Below the pieces are notes generated by a model. The model did no database searches. It was not told the DNA's origin and saw only the letters and a program-made list of their open reading frames with translations. Position numbers and translations under genes: made by a program. From NCBI GenBank assembly GCA_964489445.1, contig CAZAYU010000004.1, positions 141,198 to 194,208 of the forward strand: a DNA stretch of 53,011 nucleotides. The letters are read 5' to 3'. This document shows, one piece after another, positions 26,129 through 37,200 of the stretch. Each line of letters opens with the position of its first letter. Position 1 is the stretch's first letter. This DNA is from an uncultured Planctomycetia bacterium (GTDB lineage Bacteria; Omnitrophota; Gorgyraeia; Duberdicusellales; 4484-171).

Positions 26129-29100
26129 CTATCTACCCAAAGCATCAACAAGAATTTGCGCCTGATGATTATCCGGGTCAATATCTATAGCTTTTTTAAA
26201 CTCCTTTTTGGCATCACCAATCGCCCCTTTATCTTTGAATAACACACCCAAGGAAAGATGTGCTTGCGCATTTTGCAAATCAATTTCTATAGCTTTTCGA
26301 TACATTGTTTCAGCTTCGTCTAATCTTTCTTCAGCACAATAAAATCCGCCTAAAGTTAAATAATTTTGGATATCATAAGGAGAAGTTTCTATCGCTTTTT
26401 TGTATACTCCTTCAGCATCTTGTTTTCTATCCATTGCACAATAAATTCTTCCTAAAGAAAGATAAATACGGGAATCACTAATACCACCATTTAGAGCTGC
26501 TTTTAAAGTAATTTCAGCCTCAGTAAATTGGCCTACTGTTTCATAGGCCCTGGCTAAGCTAATTAAAGTATACAGATCATTAGGAAAAATCAATAAAACA
26601 TTTTTGTATTCCTCGATAGCCTTAGATATCAGCCCCTGCTTTAAATAAACTTCCGCTAGCGCATGATTAGCAGAAATTATTTCTAGATTACGATACTGAG
26701 ATTTAATCACTTCGTTTTCCGGTGCCACTGATAACAACTTCTGATATGTTTTTCGAGCCTCATCATACATTCCTTCTGCCTGATAGATTGCGGCTAACTC
26801 AATTAATAGTTCTTGATCCTGGCTGCTAGTTTCTGTTAAATCATAATATACCTTGAGAGCCGCTTGATTATTTCCAGTAAGTTTGTGTAAATTAATCAGC
26901 TTTTTTAATATTTTAATTTTCTTTCGATTAAGTTTTTCTACTTCCTGATATTCGTTAGATGCTTGCTGGAAAAACCCGCTTTCATTTAAATAAGAAATAC
27001 GCTTAAACACATTCTCTAATTCTTGCGGAATCGCTTTTACCACTTGACTATACTCAATTATTGCCTGGTTAATCCGACCATCATTCTGAAACAGTAAAGC
27101 TAATCCTTCATGGGCTTCAACACACTCATTGCGCAAAGAAATCGCCTGTTTATACATTTCTTCTGCTTCCTTTATCTTCCCTTCGCCATACAGGATACTT
27201 GCTAGCTTAACTAGAGATTCGATATTTTTTGGATCTCTTCTTACCGCTTTATAATATTCCCAAACAGCTTTATCATGAAATCCGTTTTTTAAATGAATAT
27301 TGCCCAAAAAATTAGAATTTAGCACTCTCAGACGTTCAGCAGCAGCTTCTGCATCTTCAGTTTTGCCCATCCGTTCATAAATAATGCTTAAGTTATAGAG
27401 GCCACCTTCAAAATCACCATCAATATCCACCGCACGACGAAAACTTTCTTCAGCTTTGGTTAATTTTCCCGCTTGGAAATACACCGTACCTAAGTTATTC
27501 CAAATAGTTGAAGAATAAGGATCAAGTTGAAGTGCTTCTCTGTATGCATCAATAGCCTGTAAATGGTTTGCGGATTGCTGATTAATCCGCCCTTGTAAAA
27601 AATAAGCCTCTACATTATACGGATAAAAACCAATAGACTTATTTAACACATTTAGTGCCGGTTGGATATTCTGGTTAGAAAATTCCCGAGAAGCTCTCTC
27701 TAAAAAATAATCAGAAGCTAAAGGCCGAGCAATTTTAGCGGGAAAAAACAATAAAATAAATACTAAAAATAAGTATACCCCCCCTCTTAAATATGGAGCA
27801 TGCTGTTTATTATTGACTATCTTATTTATTTTTAAAAAATTAAACAGAGCGCGCTGTTTTCCAACAATATTTATTTTAACTACTGTCAACAGTCCAACCA
27901 ACACCCAAAAACACATTCCGGAAGCCGGTGTTTGAAGCACCGGATTAAATAATCCTTGTACTAAAAGCCCTATTAAACTTGCCTCTGTACCTAAAAATAA
28001 TAAACCCCAAGCTTTCCGTTGTTGTTGATTATTAAAAAAACAACGTAATATGAGAAAAGAATCCCGAAAAATAAAAAATAATATAAACCCAAAACAGATA
28101 AATCCTAAACTCCCCATTTCTGCCCAGATTTGGAGAAAATCATTATGAGCTTTAGAATACTTGACCCCCGGAGGAGTAATTGCTTTTTCTTCAGAGCTGC
28201 GATATAGCGGATAAATTATTTTGAAATTACCGGCTCCCGATCCCAATACAGGATGATCAAAAATCATCTCTACAGTAGATTTCCAAACATGAACCCGCAT
28301 CAAATTTCTTACGTGAATGTTTTTACCGAGATATCCTTTGGCTTGAGGTATTAGTGCCGACGCTCCAATAAGCACCAACACGATAAGTCCGATAAATACT
28401 CCAAAAATAACTTTCTTTTTTTCCCGGAATATAAATACTAATAAAATAGCAGCACAACAAAATAAACCGACAAACAATCCGATAAGAGCTCCACGCGAAC
28501 GGCTTAATACCAACAGAATAAGCATCACTGCTGTCGAAAATCCGCAGAAACCGGGAAACAAAAACCGGACATACTTCTTTCGACTATCACGCTTACCTCC
28601 GGAAATAAATATCAATACCAAAGCCAGGGGAATAGCTACCGAAAGATACTGAGCAAAAAATATCGGATTGCCAAAAGTAGAAATATAAGCTAACCGGTAA
28701 ATCTTAAAATTAATGATTTGAGTTTGATATGCACAATAAAGCGCAGAACATAACCCAACAAACACCAAAGTAATAAATATCTTTTTTATTTTTGCTGGCG
28801 AAGAACAATAATTAACAACAATAAAGAACAATAACGCTCCAGATGACCACTGAAGCATTGACTGAAAACCTTCATAAATATTAGCTGCTTGGAATAAAGA
28901 CACCCATCCGGAAACAATAAAAGCAATTACTGCCCAACCTAATGGACCAGGAGAAACAATAAGTTCTTCTTTGTAATTTTTATTAGTATTTGCAGCAATT
29001 TTAATTAGCCATAACCCACACAACCACAAAACTCCCATCTCCAGAGTAACTATTTTAATCAATCCATAAACTTGAGTAGTACTGTGCCAAAAAATAAGGC

Positions 29101-29173
29101 AAACAGCAGCAATTAACAATAACAACCCAATATGTATTACTTTATTCATTATTTTTATTAACTTCTTTTCCAC
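26129..29173 (-). CDS. O-antigen-ligase/O-oligosaccharyltransferase-like membrane protein fused to a long TPR array
   Basis: About 12 hydrophobic helices with STFGNP..FA.YL, SRSRGA..G, R...W...V.M..DHP.LG.G.G.F, AHNDFLQ..AE.G (Wzy_C motifs); roughly 500 C-terminal aa of TPR repeats. Confidence 0.88.
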   Translation of the reverse strand: MEKKLIKIMNKVIHIGLLLLIAAVCLIFWHSTTQVYGLIKIVTLEMGVLWLCGLWLIKIAANTNKNYKEELIVSPGPLGWAVIAFIVSGWVSLFQAANIYEGFQSMLQWSSGALLFFIVVNYCSSPAKIKKIFITLVFVGLCSALYCAYQTQIINFKIYRLAYISTFGNPIFFAQYLSVAIPLALVLIFISGGKRDSRKKYVRFLFPGFCGFSTAVMLILLVLSRSRGALIGLFVGLFCCAAILLVFIFREKKKVIFGVFIGLIVLVLIGASALIPQAKGYLGKNIHVRNLMRVHVWKSTVEMIFDHPVLGSGAGNFKIIYPLYRSSEEKAITPPGVKYSKAHNDFLQIWAEMGSLGFICFGFILFFIFRDSFLILRCFFNNQQQRKAWGLLFLGTEASLIGLLVQGLFNPVLQTPASGMCFWVLVGLLTVVKINIVGKQRALFNFLKINKIVNNKQHAPYLRGGVYLFLVFILLFFPAKIARPLASDYFLERASREFSNQNIQPALNVLNKSIGFYPYNVEAYFLQGRINQQSANHLQAIDAYREALQLDPYSSTIWNNLGTVYFQAGKLTKAEESFRRAVDIDGDFEGGLYNLSIIYERMGKTEDAEAAAERLRVLNSNFLGNIHLKNGFHDKAVWEYYKAVRRDPKNIESLVKLASILYGEGKIKEAEEMYKQAISLRNECVEAHEGLALLFQNDGRINQAIIEYSQVVKAIPQELENVFKRISYLNESGFFQQASNEYQEVEKLNRKKIKILKKLINLHKLTGNNQAALKVYYDLTETSSQDQELLIELAAIYQAEGMYDEARKTYQKLLSVAPENEVIKSQYRNLEIISANHALAEVYLKQGLISKAIEEYKNVLLIFPNDLYTLISLARAYETVGQFTEAEITLKAALNGGISDSRIYLSLGRIYCAMDRKQDAEGVYKKAIETSPYDIQNYLTLGGFYCAEERLDEAETMYRKAIEIDLQNAQAHLSLGVLFKDKGAIGDAKKEFKKAIDIDPDNHQAQILVDALGR

Positions 29174-29415
29174 TTATATAAACCAATTCTTTTAGCACCA
29201 CTTAATCTATATTATCCTTAATCTAATGCTTGATCTTTTCTCCTTATCGTCCGTCGTCCTTCTTCCATCTTCTTTCGTTTTCTCTTCTTGACTTAGAACT
29301 CCAGACTTTCCTACTTATCCTTTTTCCTTTAACCTTTATCCTTATTCTCTCAGCCTCAACCTTACCCTAAACCTCAACCTTTTCTCTCTCTATACTTCTT
29401 ACCTGCAGCTATTGA

Positions 29416-31116
29416 TCATTCCAGTGTTTTTAGTTCGCCTTTAATATACATATTTCCCGCACTATCTAAAACCATCACTTGAACACCATTTTCATTCATA
29501 AAAGCCAATGCTTCTTTTCCTTCTTTAATAATTTCGGTAATCGCAAAATCATTGGCAAAATTAACATCGCCAAAATGTGTATCTACTACCCAAATCTCAG
29601 CCCACTTTTTGGTAGATTGTCCTAAATTATAAGTATCATTAGCAGCCGGCTGAATGTGGCCCGTAGCTACTGTTACTCCGGTAATAGCTGCTCCGGAAGC
29701 AATAACCATTGCACCATCTATATAAGCCGTAGCATCAATTTCTAAGTTTCCTTTGACAAATAAATCTTCGTTAGCAGTTGCATGACTAACAGTCGGAGAG
29801 CCAACTTTCACATCGCCACCAACAACTTGTAGTCGCGCTACGCTGGGAGTTGTTGTGCCGATTCCGACGTTGCCCGTATAATCAAGCGTCATACCAGTCT
29901 GTAAAGTGTACGGCTCACTACCATTGTTATGCATAAATCTCACACGGCCTTTATCATCAGCTGCGGTTCCAGCATGCTCAAAAGCTATGGCTCCCATATA
30001 CGGGCGATAGCTTGACCTTCTGCCTCTACCAAGTAAAATAGTTTCTCTCCCACCATCAGTATATTCATCAGTTTCATTGTGCATTACAATTGTATACGCA
30101 CCAGTGCTCTGCTGAACTGTAAGAGGAGCAATAGGTGATCCGGTTCCAATACCCACGTATCCATTATATTGGATTTGCATACGTTCCGTTGCTGTAGTAC
30201 TGTCAAGATCAGTTGTATAAAAATCAATTTGGGATGGAGTTGAGGTAGCACTCCATGATCCATCAGATCTGCCTTCAATTTTAGCAGCTTCTTCAAAAGT
30301 TCCCCCATCTGAAGCACCAAATACAATACTACCTAATCCCTCAGATCCAAGAATCTGTGTATCCTCACGAAAAAACTTTAAGCTATCTCCGTCAGCGCTA
30401 TGTAATCTAATATCTCCAGCTAAAATATCTAGCTTGTCGCTCGGTACTGTCGTTCCAATACCGATGTTGCCTGAAGAGTTCCAAATCCCGGTTCCCGGAA
30501 AATTAACGCTCCCCGTAAAAGTCGGACTAGCAAGCGGCGCTTTAGTTCCTAACTGAGTCTGGATGGCTGAAGTTACTAAGTTAAGATAACCAAACTCCGT
30601 ATTGTCTACCGTGCCGGCACCAATTTTAGTTGCCGTAAGTAGCCCATCAGCTAAATCAGCTAAATCAGCATCATAAGCCTGGAAATAACTGGTATCGTGT
30701 CCATCCATTTTATCTGCATTTAAGGCATAAGCTACAGCAGTAAGTTTCTCGCGAGGTGCTAAAAGAACAGGGGTTGTTGCCGGATTGACTGTTATTTCTA
30801 AATAGGGGGTAATGCTATCCCAGTTAGTAATACTTGATGTATCCAGCACATAAGTAAACAAACCGTTAACCACACTGACAGTAACATTTCCAGTAGTGTA
30901 ATATTGAGTAGAGCCGTCACTGTTGGTAATCCGAAATTTAATTGATTGATTTGCATTATTAACTAACGCTCCACTTAATACCAATTTCCCCTGATAATTT
31001 ATCTCTTGCGGAGTAGCAGCACAAACATCTGGAAAAAAACTAAACATAAACAAAAATAACATCAAAGTAAAAATAATTATGCTTTTGCCAATAGTATTGT
31101 TGATGCTACTCATCAT
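29416..31116 (-). CDS. secreted fibre-like protein with phage-tail-fibre-like motifs
   Basis: Signal peptide (VCA-A), INYQGKL, PRE.L..V.YA..A...DG, EFGYL..VTSAIQTQL, KAPLASPTFTG, three G.(I/V)GIGT..P repeats, I.P..N.TY.LG.S.K.W. Confidence 0.75.
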   Translation of the reverse strand: MMSSINNTIGKSIIIFTLMLFLFMFSFFPDVCAATPQEINYQGKLVLSGALVNNANQSIKFRITNSDGSTQYYTTGNVTVSVVNGLFTYVLDTSSITNWDSITPYLEITVNPATTPVLLAPREKLTAVAYALNADKMDGHDTSYFQAYDADLADLADGLLTATKIGAGTVDNTEFGYLNLVTSAIQTQLGTKAPLASPTFTGSVNFPGTGIWNSSGNIGIGTTVPSDKLDILAGDIRLHSADGDSLKFFREDTQILGSEGLGSIVFGASDGGTFEEAAKIEGRSDGSWSATSTPSQIDFYTTDLDSTTATERMQIQYNGYVGIGTGSPIAPLTVQQSTGAYTIVMHNETDEYTDGGRETILLGRGRRSSYRPYMGAIAFEHAGTAADDKGRVRFMHNNGSEPYTLQTGMTLDYTGNVGIGTTTPSVARLQVVGGDVKVGSPTVSHATANEDLFVKGNLEIDATAYIDGAMVIASGAAITGVTVATGHIQPAANDTYNLGQSTKKWAEIWVVDTHFGDVNFANDFAITEIIKEGKEALAFMNENGVQVMVLDSAGNMYIKGELKTLE

Positions 31117-31155
31117 TTTACACCTCCGTTTATTTTAAATTTTAAATCCTTAATT

Positions 31156-31183
31156 ATTCTATAACATCCCTTTTATTTATCAA
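31156..31183 (-). promoter_or_regulatory. possible sigma70 promoter for the fibre gene
   Basis: TTGATA (31183-31178), 16 nt, TAGAAT (31161-31156) in AT-rich intergenic DNA. Confidence 0.35.
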
Positions 31184-31238
31184 CAGCAATATATTAATCC
31201 TCCTATTTATCTCTTCATCCATAAAATGAAGTAACATT

Positions 31239-34200
31239 TTACGGTGTACTATATCTAAACGTAAACAGTGTTACCGGATTAGAAATATTTCCGGCTTTAT
31301 CTTCAGTTTTTACACGTAAGTAGTACGTTCCGGTACCTACTGCATTCGGATTACACCCAGCATAAGCTGTCGAGGTAACCGGCAAACCAGAAGCATTATT
31401 CCCAAAATACCAGTAATATTGCTTAATTCCGGAACGGTTGTCAGTTGCGCCATTCCAAGTAAATTCCGGATCAGAAACTGTACTTTGCAAAGTATTATTC
31501 GTTGCGCCATGAGTTTCAGTTGCTGGTAAATTAGGATTAGAGGGGACGCTTCCATCATATTTAAAAATAAATACAGTTTGCGAAGTAGATATATTTCCGG
31601 AATTATCTTCGGTTTTTACACGTAAATAGTATACTCCACTAGAAACTGCATCAGGATTATGTCCGGCAAATGTAGTCCAGTTAGATGGATTATCAGATGC
31701 GCTCGTGCCAAAATACCAGTAATAGCCCTTAACTCCAGAAAGATTATCTTGAGCGCCACTCCAAGTAAATTCCGGATCAGATACAGAATTTTGCCAAACA
31801 TCATTAGAAACCGCATGAGTTTCAGTTGCCGGTGAACTAGGATTATCCGGAAAAAGCGTATCAGACGCTGATTGCGCTGTGTCAATTTCTTTATTGCTAT
31901 TAAAAAATTGTTTACGCTTTAATAAGTGGGTTGTAGAAACATAACAATACTGTAGGTGGATTGTCCCTTCGGAAGAAGCAACACCATCGCTATTATACGC
32001 TTTAAGATGTAGCCAATTTTCTCTGCCGATAAAGTTATATGTTAGAGACAGACTTCCACTGGTCCACTGCGTATCTGTGCCAATAACTTCAGAGTCAGAA
32101 GTTGTATTCCATTTGTAACGATAATAATCAATCGCATTGTTATCTAATCTAACGCTATAAAAGATAAACTCGTCATGGCTACCACCAGATAAATACTGAT
32201 ACCAGGTTTGTGGTAGGTGCCCACGTTGATCATACCTAACATCAGAATTATCAGGTAAAAGATGTTTATAAGAAGGATCAGGATAAGTCCATGCACTTTC
32301 ATTGCCAGCACGGTCTCTTACTTTCCAGCGAAAAGCAAAATCATCATTGTCTAAACCAGAAACAACCCAAGAACCATCACACCAACCGCTATCACCATCA
32401 AAATCACTTTCAGATTCAAAATAATCTAAGTCATTGTCATGCTGGAATTTACACCAAGCAGTAGCCGGAATACCGCTTCTTGCGTCTGTAGCGCCAGAAA
32501 CGCTAACGCTGATACTATTTTGGGTAATCGTACCATAAGATAACGTTCCGGGAATAGGAGTGATTATATCAATATAGTAAGGGCCACTATCAGAAGAAGT
32601 CGTATCCCAGTTACCAGCATTATCTACTGAGCGAATATGGAAATAATTTCCAGTTCCATCCGGAAAATTAATTTGCTGGTAAGTATTTGTTTCTTGCAAA
32701 TCTTTAGTTATCCCGGTCCAATCAGCAGAAGAAGTATTTATTGTATAGTCATATCCGTCTAAGCCACTATTAGATACACCATTATCAGTATCTAAGGCAG
32801 CAATCCAATTAAATCTTAAAGTCGGATTATTAGAAATTCCCGACTGCCAAATTCCAGTCGCCCGCCCATCGCTGGGAACAAGATTGGTTACTTCTTGGGG
32901 AGGCGTAATGTCGATATAGTAAGGACCTTGACTAAAATCTTCTGCTATGTTCCCGGCAGAATCTACAGTTTTAATATGAATAAAATTAGTGTTTCCTTCC
33001 GGAAACACAACTGAACTGTTGGAAGTTTCTCCTTGATAAATAACAGTATCTGTAGTAGTCAATAAAGTATCATTTGATTCTAAGTTTTTATAAATACTGT
33101 ATCCAGCAATATTAGAGGCGACTGGAGAAGATTCTATTTTAACCAGCGTAGCATCATCCCACCAGACTTGTCCACCATTGTTTGGACTATCAACATAATA
33201 AGAAAGAGCAATTGCCCCACTGGCACCAGTATTAAATATAGTGCGGATTTTAGTCCAATCAGAAGTACCAGAAGCAGTAGTTTGTGGTGCTTCAATTGCT
33301 GATAGTCCTGCACCAGACACATTACATTTTGCTTGGCCAGCTGTTAAGCTTGTTTTTACAATAGCAGAAAACAAATAAGTAGAATTTGCTTCTAACTCTG
33401 TTCCCACGGTTAAATCTACGCCCCAGTAAACATCAGAAGCTGGACAATCAAACCTTAAACTTTTATTTCCTTTGTAATAGATTGATTCGTCGAAAGTAAG
33501 AAAATTAGCAACAACACTTCCATCAGAGTCAGTAGTTCCGGTATAAGGAGCATTTAAGGTTATGGAATTAGAGGTTATTGCACTAATTTTATAAATAGAA
33601 GATTCAGCTGGAGAGGTATTAACAATTTTAATATAGCTATCTACTGAAAAATAAGCAGTTAAATCAGAAGTAGTAGCAACTGACTCATTGTCATAAGTTA
33701 CTGATAACGTTCCAGGCGTAGCGTTTAACACACTACTTTGAATGTTAGAATCTTCTTTTAAGTAACCGGGATAATCTAGATTATCCATTGTTGGATCGTA
33801 AAGTAAATTACTAGTGTTTCCTTCATAATCTATTGCCTGATCATAATAATAATAAGTAGTACCGTTAGAAACTGGAGCCGACCAGGAGAAAGCAACAGTA
33901 TTGTCGTTAGATATGCCAAACTGCCAAGTATTAGGATTGTGATTGCCGTCTTCGATTGTGCCCAACGCTGAAGGTTGCGCTTTATCAATCGGCCCGACAT
34001 CATAAATTTCAACTTCATTTAATCCAGTAGAGCCAGCACTCTGCCAATTAGAGGTATTAGCAATCCTTATATAACGGCAGACAACCGGATCACCGCTATT
34101 TAAAATCGGAAACACCTGAGGCGCAGGATTACCGCTTCCATCTTCAGAAGCTAAAGTTCCACTATAACGTTGAGTATAACTGGAATTATCCGGACTTGTA

Positions 34201-37200
34201 GAAATAGTAAATGCTTTGAACCCTCCGGAAGATTGATTACGATTATAAATTACTGCCCGATCAATAACTCTGCTGACACCTAGATCAATAGTAATGTATC
34301 CGGTAGCTGAATCTGCATCTACCCAAGCAGTAGAAAGGTTTCCATCAATAAGGTAATTGGGATTCTGTGACCCGGTGGTTTGATTTTCTATTGTACCGCC
34401 ATTAGAGGAAACAGCATGGTTAGCAGCTGTATCGTTCGATAAATTGTCATAGGCAACTACCCCAGCTCCAGAATCAGTAGTTCCGGTATAAGGAGAATCT
34501 AAAGTGATAGAATTGGAAGTTATTGCTTGTACCTGATAAATAGAAGACTCAAACGGGTCAACACTGGAATTATAAATTGATACATAATCGCCAGTAGAAA
34601 AATAAGAAGTTAGGTTTACAGATGTAGTAACAGATGTGCTATTGTTAGTAACTGATAATGTTCCGGCAGTAGAAGTATCAGCAATCAACGGACGGATAGA
34701 GACATTATCAAATTCAACAGTAGAATTATAAGAACCTAAAGCCATTCGATAAGTTGCACCGGAAAAATTAGCATCACTGCGTTCCATTAAAAAAACATCA
34801 TTTATATAAAATTTATACATACTGCCGTTACAAATAATTTTGGCATGATAAGTCTGCCCTTGAGTCAAATATATCCGATTGTTACCACTTTGATAAGTAT
34901 AGCTAGTGCTTCCATTTACCTTCCGTTCACACCGCCAATAGTCATAGTATCCGCCGTAGGAATAATATAAATAAAACCGGATATAATTATTGCTATCCAC
35001 ATATTTTGCTGTCAGGCTAATATAGCTCCCCGAAGTCCGTTTAAAATCAAATTCAATAATCCGGTTTCCAGAAAAACTTTGATCGGTGTAAGCTTGGTTG
35101 TTGTTAGTATTCACACAAGTTAATTTGCCTCCGGATATAGTAGCTCCAGCGGGTAAAATCCAAGCATTATTGGATGAGGAAAAATTATCATAAAAACCAT
35201 CTACCGGATAATAATTGCCGGTTACATTCGGTGCACGTAAGAAATTATATCCGGATAAACCAGATAAAGAGGTGTCTGTGGGGTCAGAGACACTCCAGGA
35301 TAAATCCATACTACCCATTCCGGCTGGCAAAGGAGCAAGAGCCAAATCAGAAGTACCGGGTATTTGACGATCAGCAATATATGAAGCATACTTATACCCA
35401 CTATAAAGATTACTATCTGTTTCAACATCACAAGAATTCCGTCCTCTTGTGTTATAAAAATTATTTCCATACCAACTTTCTAAACCATTATCGAAATAAA
35501 AAACATCTCTTCTTTTAACAGTTACACTTCCATCAGAGTCAGTAGTTCCTTCATATAGCGAATCTAGAGTAACATAACTACTACCTACTGTTTTAACTGT
35601 ATAAACCCCCTCTTCCACCGGAGAAGTATTAACAATCTTAATTGAATCACCAGCGGTTAAATAACTTCTCAAGTCAGAAGTACTTACCGTAATACTTGCG
35701 TTAGTAACGTTAGCGGTTCCGGAAGTATCGGTATCTTCAGTATTTCCGGTCGGAGGAACTCCATATTGCCCAGATGCTGCCCATCCAGTATCCACCGCTT
35801 TCCACCCACTAAGGTATTTATAAAGCAAATAATCATCCGAGGTGTTTGCCCAACGAATTTCTACTCCTCCGGAATTAGAATCAAGCGGTGCCCTATAAGT
35901 TGTAGTAACACTAATAACTCTTGGTCTTGTCGCCCGTGTACACAGAGAAACGTCGGAACTGTAAGTTGTATTTATCTCATCACCATTACGAGCCATAGCC
36001 TTAAACCGATAGCGCTGATTCGCAGCTAAGTTAACTACATTTTCATAATTTGCACCGTTAAAGGCAGAATAAGTACCCCATGCCTCAGAAGCAACAATTT
36101 CTCCATTGGCCGGATTAACCCACTTAACCGGTAAGAAATCCGCGGACTCATCAGTCCCGGCAGTTTCCGGATCATCAAAGTCCACCATTATCGCATACTC
36201 AGTGTCATTGGAAGTAGTGCAAGTGGCCACGCCTACCGGATTACCATTTTGATTAACCCTTACTCTTAAATGATACGTAGAAGTGTAACCAGAAGGCAAT
36301 ATAGCTGAAGGTATAGAAGGTGTATTAGCTAAAGTATAGATCTCCTTTTCTGTAGGATTAGGATTAGTTTCCACGCCATCACCATTACGTAATATAACCT
36401 TATAACCATATTGAGCATTAACTAACCCGTAGTCCCGATAAGTGTAATCACCATTCTGCCAGCCGGAATCATCACCATTACATCCGCTTCCGGTAAAATT
36501 ATCAAAATAAGCACCGGTATCATCAGCAGTAGGATTCGGATGTGTAGCAACAACTTCAAGATCTACGTAATTAGTGCCAACCGAAAGGGTTACTTCACCA
36601 TCCGTAAGACTCATCACGCGAGTATAAATCGCTAATTCCGAACCATAGGCAGTCTGGACGTTTTCCGCATTTCGAGCTTTCACTTTAAATCTGTATTGTG
36701 TGTTTTCTGCTAATCCGGTTATAAGCTCACCACTTGCTCCGCCAAAAGCAGAATAAACATCCCAAGCGTCATTTTCAACCGTAATAATACCATTAGTATC
36801 TGGATCAACAAAATGTGTACCATAAACATACCCTCCTCCCTGAACAGTAATCGCATACTGAGTATCAGCACAGCTAGTCCATTCAGCAGCTATTGGATTT
36901 AGGTTTTTATCAATGGTCACGGTCAGTCGATCAATTACATCCATTGCCGGAAGAGTTCCAACGGGAGTTCCGGGAACTCTAGCTAAAGTATACCGACTTG
37001 ATGAAGTAGAATAAATAGTTTTATTACCCGCATTATCGCGTAATTTAACTTGATAAGTATACTGAGTGTTTGGATAAAGGCCGCTATCTACATGAGCGGT
37101 AGAAATTACCCAAATAGAATCATTTGCCCCGGGGCCACCACCAGTTTCATCAAACCAATAAGGACCATTTCCTTCATCTTCAGCCGGAGAAGAAATATTC

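Noticed and set aside
31160-31210. AGGAGG RBS-like sequence after the giant gene
   Set aside because: Followed only by a very short TTG-initiated frame; no credible gene.
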